This document shows, piece after piece, positions 1 to 10,011 of a stretch of DNA of 64,000 nucleotides. Origin of the DNA: Candidatus Eremiobacteraceae bacterium. GTDB lineage: Bacteria > Vulcanimicrobiota > Vulcanimicrobiia > Eremiobacterales > Eremiobacteraceae. The stretch spans positions 30,891-94,890 of the forward strand of contig DASTCX010000035.1 of assembly GCA_035710745.1 (NCBI GenBank). The letters run 5' to 3'. The notes beneath the pieces were generated by a model. The model made no database searches and was not told where the DNA came from. It saw nothing but the letters and a program-made list of their open reading frames with translations. Numbering within the stretch: the stretch's first letter is position 1; each line of letters opens with the position of its first letter. The position numbers and the translations under genes were made by a program.

Positions 1-540
<540 letters not shown>

Positions 541-545
541 TTATT

Positions 546-578
546 GGGAGCGGTCGAGATTCATCTCGACCGCCGCGG
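546..578 (+). repeat. REP-like palindromic element, type A (GGGAGCGGTCGAGATTCATCTCGACCGCCGCGG)
   Basis: 10-bp inverted arms CGGTCGAGAT/ATCTCGACCG. Identical or near-identical copies at 19941, 23820, 23870, 32246 (rc) and 61054 (rc). Intergenic between ispG and proS. Confidence 0.85.
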
Positions 579-597
579 TTTCGCAGTAAGGTCGTCT

Positions 598-625
598 GCG
601 GTCGAGCTAAAGCTCGACCGCTACA
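598..625 (+). repeat. REP-like palindromic element, type B (GCGGTCGAGCTAAAGCTCGACCGCTACA)
   Basis: Arms CGGTCGAGCT/AGCTCGACCG. Copies at 10880, 27711 and 23771 (rc), and a degenerate one at 61004. The reverse complement starts TGTAGCGG, i.e. a GTAG head plus palindrome as in classical REPs. Lies 4 nt downstream of the ispG stop. Confidence 0.85.
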
Positions 626-629
626 CCGA

Positions 630-1769
630 TCATTGGTAGTCCGGGTATCGCTCGGCGATGACCTTCTCGATCTCTTCGCGCAGACCGTCGAGCAGCTGCG
701 CCTCCGGAAGCGAGCGCACCTTGACGCCGTCGCGATAGAGCAAGCCCATCCCGCGCCCGCCGGCGATGCCGACATCGGCCATCGACGCTTCGCCCGGACC
801 GTTGACCGCGCATCCCATGACCGCGACCTTGACCGGCGCCCGGTACTCGGCGGTGATGCGCTCGACCGCTTCCGCGAGCTTGAGGATGTCGACCTGGACG
901 CGACCGCACGACGGACAAGCCGTGATCTCGACGCCGCGCTCCCGGATGCCGAGCGACTTGAGTATCTCCCAGCAGACGGGCACCTCTTCGACCGGATCCG
1001 CCGCGAGCGACACGCGAATCGTGTCGCCGATGCCTTCGGCGAGCAGCATTCCGAGCCCGACGCTGCTCTTCACGGTGCCCGTGCGCAGCGTTCCCGCTTC
1101 CGTTATGCCGAGGTGGAACGGATAGTCGACTTTATCCGCCATCATGCGATATGCAGTGACGGTCGATCGCACGTCGTGCGACTTCAGCGACACGACGATA
1201 TCGCCGAACTCGAGCTCCTCGAGAATCCTGATGTGCCGCATGGCCGACTCGACCATGCCCGCCGGCGTCCGTCCGAGCGTCTCGACGATGTCGGGAGCGA
1301 GCGATCCCATGTTGACGCCGATGCGTATCGGCATGCCGCGATCTTTCGCCGCGCGGACGACTTCGCGGACCTTCTGCGGATCGCGGATGTTGCCGGGGTT
1401 GAGCCGAAGCTTATCCCAACCCGCCTCGATCGCGGCCAGCGCGAAGCGATGATCGAAGTGGATGTCGGCGACGAGCGGAACGCCTGCGCCGTCCTTGATC
1501 TTGCGGCACACCGCAGCGGCTTTTGCGTCCGGCACCGAGATGCGCACGATCTCGCAACCCGCTTCGGCGAGCTGATGCACTTGTTCGAGCGTCGCCGCCC
1601 AGTCGTCGGTCTTCGTCGTCGTCATCGACTGGACGGAGACGGGCGCGTCGCCGCCGATCACCAACGAGCCGACTTTGACGGAACGCGTCTTGCGTCGAGG
1701 CGGCAGCGCGGGCGGACTAGGATTGCGCTCTTGGACGCCGGTCCATTCGGGCACCGGAGGCAGCGCCAT
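630..1769 (-). CDS. ispG: 4-hydroxy-3-methylbut-2-en-1-yl diphosphate synthase (MEP pathway)
   Basis: 379-aa ORF with VSVQSMTTTKTDDWAATLEQVHQLAEAGCEIVRISVPD and the Fe-S cysteine motif ITACPSCGRVQVD. Confidence 0.93.
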   Translation of the reverse strand: MALPPVPEWTGVQERNPSPPALPPRRKTRSVKVGSLVIGGDAPVSVQSMTTTKTDDWAATLEQVHQLAEAGCEIVRISVPDAKAAAVCRKIKDGAGVPLVADIHFDHRFALAAIEAGWDKLRLNPGNIRDPQKVREVVRAAKDRGMPIRIGVNMGSLAPDIVETLGRTPAGMVESAMRHIRILEELEFGDIVVSLKSHDVRSTVTAYRMMADKVDYPFHLGITEAGTLRTGTVKSSVGLGMLLAEGIGDTIRVSLAADPVEEVPVCWEILKSLGIRERGVEITACPSCGRVQVDILKLAEAVERITAEYRAPVKVAVMGCAVNGPGEASMADVGIAGGRGMGLLYRDGVKVRSLPEAQLLDGLREEIEKVIAERYPDYQ

Positions 1770-2882
1770 CTAGATCGCGCCCTTTCCGCTTATCCAGTTC
1801 GCGATGTCATGATACGTCACGAACGCGATGAACACCATGAGCAGTGCGAACCCGGTGAGGTGGACGAGCCCCTCCTTCTCCGGATCGACGCGCCGCCCGC
1901 GGACGAGTTCGACGACCATGAACGCGAGCCGTCCGCCGTCGAGCGCCGGTATCGGCAACAGATTGAACATGCCGAGGATCACCGAGAGCATCGCCGCGAG
2001 CTCGACGAGCGAGCCGATGCCGTACTGGGCGACCTGGGAGACGACTTGTGCGATGCCAACCGGCCCGTGAAGGCCGGACGTGTCGTGGGTCGCGATCATC
2101 TGGACGATGCCGTACCATTGCGTCGCAATCGTCAGCGGAACCATGCTCACGCCCCACACGACTCCTTCGAAAAACGGCATCCGCAGTGCGGTCGTCGTCG
2201 GCAAGTAGCCAAGCAATCCTTGCTTCGTTCCGTCGCCGACGGGTCCGTACGTCGTCTTGATCTTCAGATGGAAGACCTTGCCGTCGCGTTCGATCGCGAC
2301 GTCCATAAGCCGGTTCGGGCGAGCATGGATGTAGTCCATGATCTCCGTGCCCGACCGAAACGCACGGCCGTCGAGCGTCCGGATCTCATCGCCGGGCTGG
2401 AGATGTGCCGCGGCCGCCGGTGTATCCGGACGGACTTGCCCGATGACGTCCGTCGGCACCGGTTGTCCGATCGCGACGCCGACGATGGTGAAGAGCAGCG
2501 CGGCGAGCAAGAAGTTGAAGAACGGCCCGGCGAGGATGATGCCGAAGCGCGCGTAGAGCGGCTTGTGCTGGAAATTGCCCGGATCGGGGCTGCCGTCGTC
2601 GGCGCTATCCTCGCCGACCATCCGGCAGAAGCCGCCGAGCGGAAGCAGATTCACCGTGTAGAGCGTTCCGCCGCGCTCGATCGCGAACAGTCGCGGTCCG
2701 AAACCCATCGCGAATTCGCTGACGGTGACGCCCGCGCGCTTCGCGACGACCATGTGGCCGAGCTCGTGGAACAAGATGAGCACGCCGAGGATGAGCAGGT
2801 AGAGCGCTACCTTCTCGACGCCGCTCAAGGTCGCGGCGAGGACGGACTCGATGCTGCTCGTCGTCAGGGCTGCTAAGATCAA
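1770..2882 (-). CDS. rseP: RIP metalloprotease RseP (M50 site-2 protease)
   Basis: HELGHMVVAKRAG (HExxH), a central PDZ-like segment and the NLLPIPALDGGR motif. TTG start preceded by AAAGGAA. An internal TTG about 20 codons downstream is an alternative start. Confidence 0.88.
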   Translation of the reverse strand: MILAALTTSSIESVLAATLSGVEKVALYLLILGVLILFHELGHMVVAKRAGVTVSEFAMGFGPRLFAIERGGTLYTVNLLPLGGFCRMVGEDSADDGSPDPGNFQHKPLYARFGIILAGPFFNFLLAALLFTIVGVAIGQPVPTDVIGQVRPDTPAAAAHLQPGDEIRTLDGRAFRSGTEIMDYIHARPNRLMDVAIERDGKVFHLKIKTTYGPVGDGTKQGLLGYLPTTTALRMPFFEGVVWGVSMVPLTIATQWYGIVQMIATHDTSGLHGPVGIAQVVSQVAQYGIGSLVELAAMLSVILGMFNLLPIPALDGGRLAFMVVELVRGRRVDPEKEGLVHLTGFALLMVFIAFVTYHDIANWISGKGAI

Positions 2883-2994
2883 TGGGGTTCCTTTCGCTGC
2901 GAGGCTCCCAAGGCACTACCGCTTGGAGCCGCATACCGTTACTTTCGGCGCGGTTGTGGCGCGGCGCACCACGCGTTTTCGTCTCCGCGCCGTG

Positions 2995-4191
2995 CTAAGC
3001 GCGGCGCGAACCTGTGACCACGTCCCGGGTGAAAGACCGCGCCCAGCGATCGGCTTCTTCTATCTCAGGCAATCGCGCCGGCCGGGCGTCGTGGGCGTCG
3101 AGCGCTGCGGCGACGATCTCGCCGATTTCGACGAATCGGATTTTCCCTTGTAGGAATGCCCGTCCTGCCTCTTCGTTCGCGGCCGAGAGCACCGCGGGAT
3201 ACGTTCCACCGGATCCGACGGCGCGATATGCGAGCTTGAGGCTCGGAAAACGCGCGTGGTCGACGGGCTCGAATGTCAGCGTGCTTTGCTGCGATTGCAG
3301 GCCAAGGGCTCTGCGCGTCGCTTCGAGCGCGACGGGCTGGTCGAGGCGATCCGGATATGCGAGCGCGTACCCGATCGGCATGCGCATGTCGGGCGATGCG
3401 ATCTGCGCTTTGACGTTGCCGTCGGCGAAGACGACGAACGCGTGCGCGATGCTCTGGCGGTGGACCACGACGTCGATCTGCGACGGCGCGAGCCCGAACA
3501 AGCGGCACGCTTCGATCACCTCGAGACCCTTGTTCATAAGAGTGGCGGAGTCGAGCGTGTTCTTCGCTCCCATCGTCCACGTCGGGTGGACGAGCGCTTG
3601 CACCGGCGTCACCGAATCGAGCTCGTGAAGCGTGAAATCGACGAACGGACCACCGCTCGCGGTCAGGACGACCGTCCGAACGTCGGAAGGCTTCTCGCCG
3701 AGCAGGCACTGGAACACGGCGCAATGCTCGGAATCGACCGGCATGATGCGTGCGTCCGATGCGCGAGCAACAGCGAACAGCGGCTCGCCCGCCGCGACGG
3801 CGATCTCTTTGTTCGCGAGCGCGATGGCGATGCCGCGCTCTGCGGCCGCGAAGACGGCGCGGCAAGCGACGAGCCCGTCGGTGGCGGCCAACACGATGTC
3901 CGCGCCGGACTCGACTGCGACGGCGATGAGCCCGCGTTCGCCGTGCTCCAGCCGGACTACGGGCGAACCGGGTGTGCGCGGCGCGATCCGTTCTGCGAGC
4001 TCCGAGAGACCAGCCTCAGTGGCGCACGACGCGACCGCCGGCGCGAACGCATCGATCTGCTCGGCGAGCAGTTCCGTCTTCGTTCCCGCGGCGAGACCGC
4101 AAACGGAAAACCGATCGCGGTTCGCAGCGATGACCTCGAGCGCTTGGCGGCCGATAGACCCGGTCGAGCCGAGGATCGCGACGCGGCGCAC
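2995..4191 (-). CDS. dxr: 1-deoxy-D-xylulose 5-phosphate reductoisomerase
   Basis: VAILGSTGSIGRQALEVI, MPVDSEHCAVFQCL, HPTWTMGAKNTLDSATLMNKGLEVIEA. The 645-aa ORF in the track is over-extended into cdsA. The GTG at 4191 lies just downstream of the cdsA stop and gives 398 aa. Confidence 0.9.
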   Translation of the reverse strand: MRRVAILGSTGSIGRQALEVIAANRDRFSVCGLAAGTKTELLAEQIDAFAPAVASCATEAGLSELAERIAPRTPGSPVVRLEHGERGLIAVAVESGADIVLAATDGLVACRAVFAAAERGIAIALANKEIAVAAGEPLFAVARASDARIMPVDSEHCAVFQCLLGEKPSDVRTVVLTASGGPFVDFTLHELDSVTPVQALVHPTWTMGAKNTLDSATLMNKGLEVIEACRLFGLAPSQIDVVVHRQSIAHAFVVFADGNVKAQIASPDMRMPIGYALAYPDRLDQPVALEATRRALGLQSQQSTLTFEPVDHARFPSLKLAYRAVGSGGTYPAVLSAANEEAGRAFLQGKIRFVEIGEIVAAALDAHDARPARLPEIEEADRWARSFTRDVVTGSRRA

Positions 4192-4199
4192 GCGCGTCG

Positions 4200-5051
4200 T
4201 CAGATGCGCCCGGCGAGCGCGAGGACCGTGTACGCGACGACGCCGGCGACGAGGTATGAGTCGAAGCGGTCGAGCACGCCGCCGTGGCCGCCGATGAGCT
4301 GACCCGAGTCCTTGATCTGCGCGTTGCGTTTGAGCGCGCTCTCGAAAAGGTCGCCGACTTCCGCGGCGACCGCGCAAGAAGCGCCGAGCACGAGGCCGAG
4401 CCACCACGGCTGTCCGATCTGCGGCACGAATGACAAGCCGACGCCCGCGAGCGTCGCGATGACGAACGCGACGAGCGCGCCCTCCCATGTCTTGTGGGGC
4501 GAAAGCCGCGGCGCCATCTTCGTGCGCCCGAAGCGCAGCCCGCCGATCATCCCGAATATATCCGTGAGCGCGACGAGCACGATCACCCAGACGGTGAACG
4601 CCGCGCCGTGCGGCGACTGTCGGAGCAGGACGAAGTAGGAGAGCAGCTTGCCGAGATACATCGACGCGAAGAGCGTCATCCCGACGCGGCCGGCGAAGCG
4701 GTCGCTGCCGTGTGCGAAGGCTGACACGAGCGACGCGACGATGATCGCACCGCCGAGCACCCATTCGTTGCGCTCGAGCATGCCGAGGTACGCGAGCACG
4801 GCGTAGGCGACGCACGCGGCGATCGCGACAGATGCCGAAAGCTCGTTGCCCGTGCGGCGGGCGATGTTCTTCAACTCGAACACGCCGATGATGCCGATGA
4901 CGATGAGCAGCGCGGTGAACGCGGGCGGCCATGCGACCGAGCCGAGGCCGATCGCAGCGACGAGCGTGCCGTTGACGAGCCGTCGTGCGTTCAACGCCTC
5001 GCCCGCTTTCGCGCCGACCTTATCCGTCGTCGCGGCCGCGTCGCCGATCAC
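4200..5051 (-). CDS. cdsA: Phosphatidate cytidylyltransferase
   Basis: Multi-TM protein with the C-terminal CDS signature SALKRNAQIKDSGQLIGGHGGVLDRFDS. The GTG at 5051 overlaps the uppS stop (GTGA) and gives 283 aa. The longer 309-aa ORF would overlap uppS by 82 nt. Confidence 0.85.
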   Translation of the reverse strand: MIGDAAATTDKVGAKAGEALNARRLVNGTLVAAIGLGSVAWPPAFTALLIVIGIIGVFELKNIARRTGNELSASVAIAACVAYAVLAYLGMLERNEWVLGGAIIVASLVSAFAHGSDRFAGRVGMTLFASMYLGKLLSYFVLLRQSPHGAAFTVWVIVLVALTDIFGMIGGLRFGRTKMAPRLSPHKTWEGALVAFVIATLAGVGLSFVPQIGQPWWLGLVLGASCAVAAEVGDLFESALKRNAQIKDSGQLIGGHGGVLDRFDSYLVAGVVAYTVLALAGRI

Positions 5052-5794
5052 GATCCACCGAAGCGACGCGCGCGGCGCTGGTACGCGATGACCGCGGCGA
5101 CGAGATCGTCGCGACCGAAGTCCGGCCAATACCGCTGCGTCACCCAGATCTCGGTGTAGGCGAGCTGCCAGAGGAGAAAGTTCGACAACCGCAGTTCGCC
5201 GCCGGTCCGGATCAAGATGTCGGGATCCGGCGCCGGCGCGGTGTATAGATGCTGCGCCACCGTCGATTCGTCGATGTCGTCGGGCGATATCGATCCGTCG
5301 CGAACACGGGCCGCGATGGCGCGCGCGGCGTCGGCCAGCTCGGCACGCGCGCTGTAGTTGATCGCGATGTTCAGCGTCAGCCGCTCGTTCGCGCTCGTGC
5401 GCCGCTCGAGCTCCTCGATCGCGCCGCGCTGATGCGCGGGCAGTCCGTCGATGCGTCCGATGCCGCGCACGCGCACGCCGTTGCGGTTGAGTTCGGCTTC
5501 TTCCGACTTCGCGAACTGCACGAGCAGGTCGAGCAGAAGCGAGATCTCGAGCGCCTCGCGCTTCCAGTTCTCGGTCGAGAAGGCGTAGACGGTGACCATG
5601 CCGATTCCGAGATCGGAGCAGCCGCGCACGAGCTCGCGCAACGCGAGCACGCCGCGGCGATGGCCCTCGATCGCCGGCAACCGCCGTTCGCGCGCCCAGC
5701 GCCGATTGCCGTCCATGATGACCGCCACGTGGCGCGGCATCCGCGCGGGGTCGAGCGCGGTCGCGGTCGTCAGCCGGCGATCGCGCGCGCTCAT
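5048..5794 (-). CDS. uppS: Undecaprenyl diphosphate synthase (cis-prenyltransferase)
   Basis: HVAVIMDGNRRWARERRLP, YAFSTENWKR, RTGGELRLSNFLLWQLAYTE. Confidence 0.93.
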   Translation of the reverse strand: MSARDRRLTTATALDPARMPRHVAVIMDGNRRWARERRLPAIEGHRRGVLALRELVRGCSDLGIGMVTVYAFSTENWKREALEISLLLDLLVQFAKSEEAELNRNGVRVRGIGRIDGLPAHQRGAIEELERRTSANERLTLNIAINYSARAELADAARAIAARVRDGSISPDDIDESTVAQHLYTAPAPDPDILIRTGGELRLSNFLLWQLAYTEIWVTQRYWPDFGRDDLVAAVIAYQRRARRFGGS

Positions 5795-5964
5795 AGTCGA
5801 GCGTACCCTTCGTAGGCGGCGGTCAGCTCCAGGCGGCCGTCTTCGACCAAGGCGCGCACGACGCGCAACGTGCCGATTCCCGCCGCGTCATACGGCGGAG
5901 CGAGTACTTCGACGATCGCGCGGCGCGTCGACCGCGCCAGCGCATCGCGTAACGGGGTGAGCAG
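5791..5964 (-). CDS. Candidate small ORF (57 aa, CTG start) between frr and uppS; unknown function
   Basis: The 198-nt frr-uppS spacer is one open frame of 65 sense codons, in frame with frr. It has high GC3 and no ATG. GAGGA sits 4 nt before the CTG at 5964, and the stop TGA overlaps the uppS ATG (ATGA). Peptide: ..LLTPLRDALARSTRRAIVEVLAPPYDAAGIGTLRVVRALVEDGRLELTAAYEGYARL. Not in the ORF track (under 60 aa). Confidence 0.25.
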   Translation of the reverse strand: MLTPLRDALARSTRRAIVEVLAPPYDAAGIGTLRVVRALVEDGRLELTAAYEGYARL

Positions 5965-5988
5965 GAGATCCTCAGACTTGTCGATGGC

Positions 5989-7288
<1,300 letters not shown>

Positions 7289-7843
7289 TCAGGACTCGCC
7301 GATGTCGAAGCGGGCGAACCTGCGGATCTTTATGTTCTCGCCGAGGACGCCGACCGCCGACGTGATGAGATCCGCGACCGATTTGCTGTCGTCGCGCACG
7401 TACGGCTGATCGAGCAGCACCGCTTCCTCGAAGAACTTCTCGACTTTTCCGTCGAACTCGCCCTTCTTCGCTTCGACCACCGCGGCGGGGACGTCGTCGC
7501 GGCTCACGTAGAGCGGCCTCGATGCGCAGATGTGGACGGCGAGATCGTGAGCGAGCCGTTGGAACTGCTCGTTCTTCGCGACGAAATCGGTCTCGCAAGC
7601 GAGCTCGACGAGAACGCCCATCTTGCCGCCCTGATGGATGTAATGGCCGATGAAGCCCTCGCGCACTTCGCGGTCGGACTTTTTCTCGGCTTTTTTCTGA
7701 CCTTCGACGGCGAGCAGTTTTTTCGCACGCTCGAAGTCGCCGCCGGATTCGGCCAGCGCGCGCCGGCAATCCATGACCGGCGCGTTCGTCGCCTCGCGAA
7801 GCGCTTTGATCGCGGCCGCATCGGGCTTGTAGACATCAACCAT
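7289..7843 (-). CDS. tsf: Elongation factor Ts (short form)
   Basis: IKALREATNAPVMDCRRALAESGGDFERA and IGHYIHQGGKMGVLVELACETDFVAKNE. 184 aa. Confidence 0.9.
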   Translation of the reverse strand: MVDVYKPDAAAIKALREATNAPVMDCRRALAESGGDFERAKKLLAVEGQKKAEKKSDREVREGFIGHYIHQGGKMGVLVELACETDFVAKNEQFQRLAHDLAVHICASRPLYVSRDDVPAAVVEAKKGEFDGKVEKFFEEAVLLDQPYVRDDSKSVADLITSAVGVLGENIKIRRFARFDIGES

Positions 7844-7884
7844 ATGGTGAGTTTTCCGTTTCCTTGCTAGTCGTTCGTTCCCTG

Positions 7885-8661
7885 TCAGGCCGACGGCGCC
7901 GCGACCGCGGGCTCCGGCACGGACGGCTTCGTGTCGGGCTCTTCCGATGCGTCGCTCGCCGATTCGCTCTCCGTCCGGCCCTCGACGATCGCGTCGGCGA
8001 TCTTTCCGGCCATGAGCTTCACGGCGCGGATCGCGTCGTCGTTGCCGGGTATCGCGTAATCGATCTCGTCGGGATCGCAGTTCGTGTCGATGACGGCGAT
8101 GATGGGGATGTGCAGCTTGCGCGCTTCGAGCACGGCGATGCGTTCCTTGCGCGGATCGACGATGAACAGCGCATCCGGAACTCGCGGCATGTCTTTGATG
8201 CCCCCGAGAAAGCGCTCGAGCCGATCGAGCTCGTCGGTCAGCTTGCTGACCTCTTTCTTCGGCAGGATCTCGAGCATGCCGGTGTCGCGCTGGCGCTCGA
8301 GCTCGCGCAGCCGCGCGATCCGCTTCTGCATGGTTTGGAAATTCGTCAGCGTGCCGCCGAGCCAGCGCTGGTTGACGAAATACATGCCGCAGCGCTCGGC
8401 CTCTTCGCGGACCGCTTCTTGCGCTTGCTTCTTCGTGCCGACGAAGAGGAAGATCTTGCCTTGCCGCGACATGGCGGTCACGGCCGCGTAGACCTCACGC
8501 AGCTTGATCACCGTCTTCTGGAGATCGATGATGTAGATGCCGTTGCGTTCCTGGAAGATGTACTTGGCCATCTTCGGATTCCAACGGCGGGTCTGGTGCC
8601 CGAAATGCACGCCGGCTTCGAGCAACTGCTTCATGGAAATGATGGAGTGAGAGACGGACAT
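7885..8661 (-). CDS. rpsB: 30S ribosomal protein S2
   Basis: [38 protein letters not shown], with an acidic C-terminal tail. Confidence 0.95.
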   Translation of the reverse strand: MSVSHSIISMKQLLEAGVHFGHQTRRWNPKMAKYIFQERNGIYIIDLQKTVIKLREVYAAVTAMSRQGKIFLFVGTKKQAQEAVREEAERCGMYFVNQRWLGGTLTNFQTMQKRIARLRELERQRDTGMLEILPKKEVSKLTDELDRLERFLGGIKDMPRVPDALFIVDPRKERIAVLEARKLHIPIIAVIDTNCDPDEIDYAIPGNDDAIRAVKLMAGKIADAIVEGRTESESASDASEEPDTKPSVPEPAVAAPSA

Positions 8662-8773
8662 CGTCGCCTGCCTTCCAACCGGTCCGATGAGGATCGGTCA
8701 CGAACGTTCGTTGCTAGGTGCCGCACCGGAAGGTCCGGCTCCTAAATTCGCACCCGGTGTCGGGTGCTGCTCT

Positions 8774-8803
8774 AGTATACCATATGAACGAGCAAGCAAG
8801 CAA
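8774..8803 (-). promoter_or_regulatory. Putative sigma-70 promoter of the rpsB operon
   Basis: Minus strand reads TTGCTT (8803..8798), an 18-nt spacer ending in TGG (extended -10), then TATACT (8779..8774). This is about 110 nt upstream of the rpsB ATG. The leader contains hairpins GCACCCG-ACAC-CGGGTGC and CCGG-ACCTT-CCGG. Confidence 0.45.
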
Positions 8804-8997
8804 ACCCGCGTTTCGACTTTCGCAGCGCGCGATCGTCTTTCATATGCGCGTCGGACGCGCGACTTTTATAGACGACGCCGAAAACGTCGGCCGATTTTGT
8901 GCGCGCTCGGCTAAAGGTACCGCGCGCGCATCAGACAGAATCGACGGGGAGGAGCCCTTCCCACCTTCGCGCCTTCGAGAGGATTGAAAGCTTCGCT

Positions 8998-9918
8998 ATG
9001 AACCAGTATGTCAAGCTGGCTTGCGTTACGCTATTGGCGTCGGCGCTCGCCGCCTGTAGTGGCGTCGGCAGCTCGGTGCCGAACCTGACACATCCAGTCG
9101 GATCGAACGCGACCGTCTCGCACGGCTTCGGCGATCTCTCCAACGTCCACGTCATGCGTCCATTCAACGGTTCGATGCAGCCTGCGCTGACCGGCGCACT
9201 CACATACCACGGCGGCCCGGTGCTCAAACACCCCATCGTGTACGTCGTGTACTGGGGCTTCAACGCGTCTGGCGCCGATCCGAACGGGGAGCAGATGTAC
9301 TTGACCAATTTCCTCACGGGTCTTGGCGGTACGCCCTGGAGCCAAACGAACCATCAATACTATCAGATCGTCAACGGCCTGACGCAGCATATCGCCAACG
9401 AAATAGGCCAGCTGCAAGGAACGTGGGTCGACTCCACCAACCCGGTCCCGTCGAGCCCGTCCGACGCGCAGATCCAAGCCGAGGCCGGCAAGCTCATGGC
9501 TCAGGTCGGCTTCAACAAGTACGCGTCGTACGTCGTGGCGACCCCGCACGGCCATAACTCGCCGGGCTTTGGCAGTAGCTTCTGCGCGTACCACGGCGCG
9601 ACGAATCAAAGCGGCCACGTGATCTCGTACACGAATCTCCCATACATGACCGACGCCGGCGGCAACTGCGGCGAGAACTTCGTCAACCCCGGTCCGTCGG
9701 GCGTTCTCGATGGCGTCAGCATCGTCGAAGGTCACGAGTACTCCGAGAGCGAGACCGATCCGCAGCTGAACGCGTGGTGGGATGGCGCCAACGGTGAAGA
9801 GATCGGCGACCTCTGCGCATGGAGAGGCCTCGGCAACATCACCGAGTCGACCGGAACGTTCGCGATGCAGCCCCTCTACAGCGACAAGAAGGGTGGTTGC
9901 ACGCTACATACCCCGTAA
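8998..9918 (+). CDS. Secreted lipoprotein, paralogue A; EXORDIUM/PHI-1-like by motif recognition
   Basis: Lipobox LLASALAAC|SG. Motifs LTYHGGPVLKHPIVYVVYWGF, GFGSSFCAYHGAT, LDGVSIVEGHEYSESETDP, FAMQPLYSDKKGGC. Clear paralogue of 12383..13288. The family call is from memory of plant EXO proteins. Confidence 0.8.
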   Translation: MNQYVKLACVTLLASALAACSGVGSSVPNLTHPVGSNATVSHGFGDLSNVHVMRPFNGSMQPALTGALTYHGGPVLKHPIVYVVYWGFNASGADPNGEQMYLTNFLTGLGGTPWSQTNHQYYQIVNGLTQHIANEIGQLQGTWVDSTNPVPSSPSDAQIQAEAGKLMAQVGFNKYASYVVATPHGHNSPGFGSSFCAYHGATNQSGHVISYTNLPYMTDAGGNCGENFVNPGPSGVLDGVSIVEGHEYSESETDPQLNAWWDGANGEEIGDLCAWRGLGNITESTGTFAMQPLYSDKKGGCTLHTP

Positions 9919-9941
9919 CGGCGCTCCTTCCGCTACCCTAC

Positions 9942-9977
9942 ACGAGCCTGCCGGCGTCGGCAGGCTCGTCTCTTTAG
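9942..9977 (+). terminator. Rho-independent terminator after lipoprotein A
   Basis: 12-bp stem ACGAGCCTGCCG / CGGCAGGCTCGT, loop GCGT, followed by CTCTTTAG. Confidence 0.7.
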
Positions 9978-10011
9978 AGGTCGGCGGGGCGGCGGAATCA
10001 GAACGAGCGTC

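Noticed and set aside
633-2876. 747-aa plus-strand ORF antisense to ispG and rseP. Similar long antisense or alternative-frame ORFs include 14115-15596, 14420-15790, 16710-18038, 33144-34616, 36005-37369, 49117-50409, 51901-53115 and 53961-55715.
   Set aside because: They are Arg/Asp/His-rich and low in complexity, and they lack motifs. Each fully overlaps a gene with clear family signatures on the other strand or in another frame. These are typical shadow ORFs of a GC-rich genome.
4192-4932. N-terminal 247 codons of the 645-aa ORF 2995..4932 (an apparent long extension of dxr).
   Set aside because: The extension is Arg-rich nonsense that overlaps the well-supported cdsA gene in another frame. 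The conserved Dxr N-terminus (VAILGSTGSIG) starts right after the GTG at 4191.
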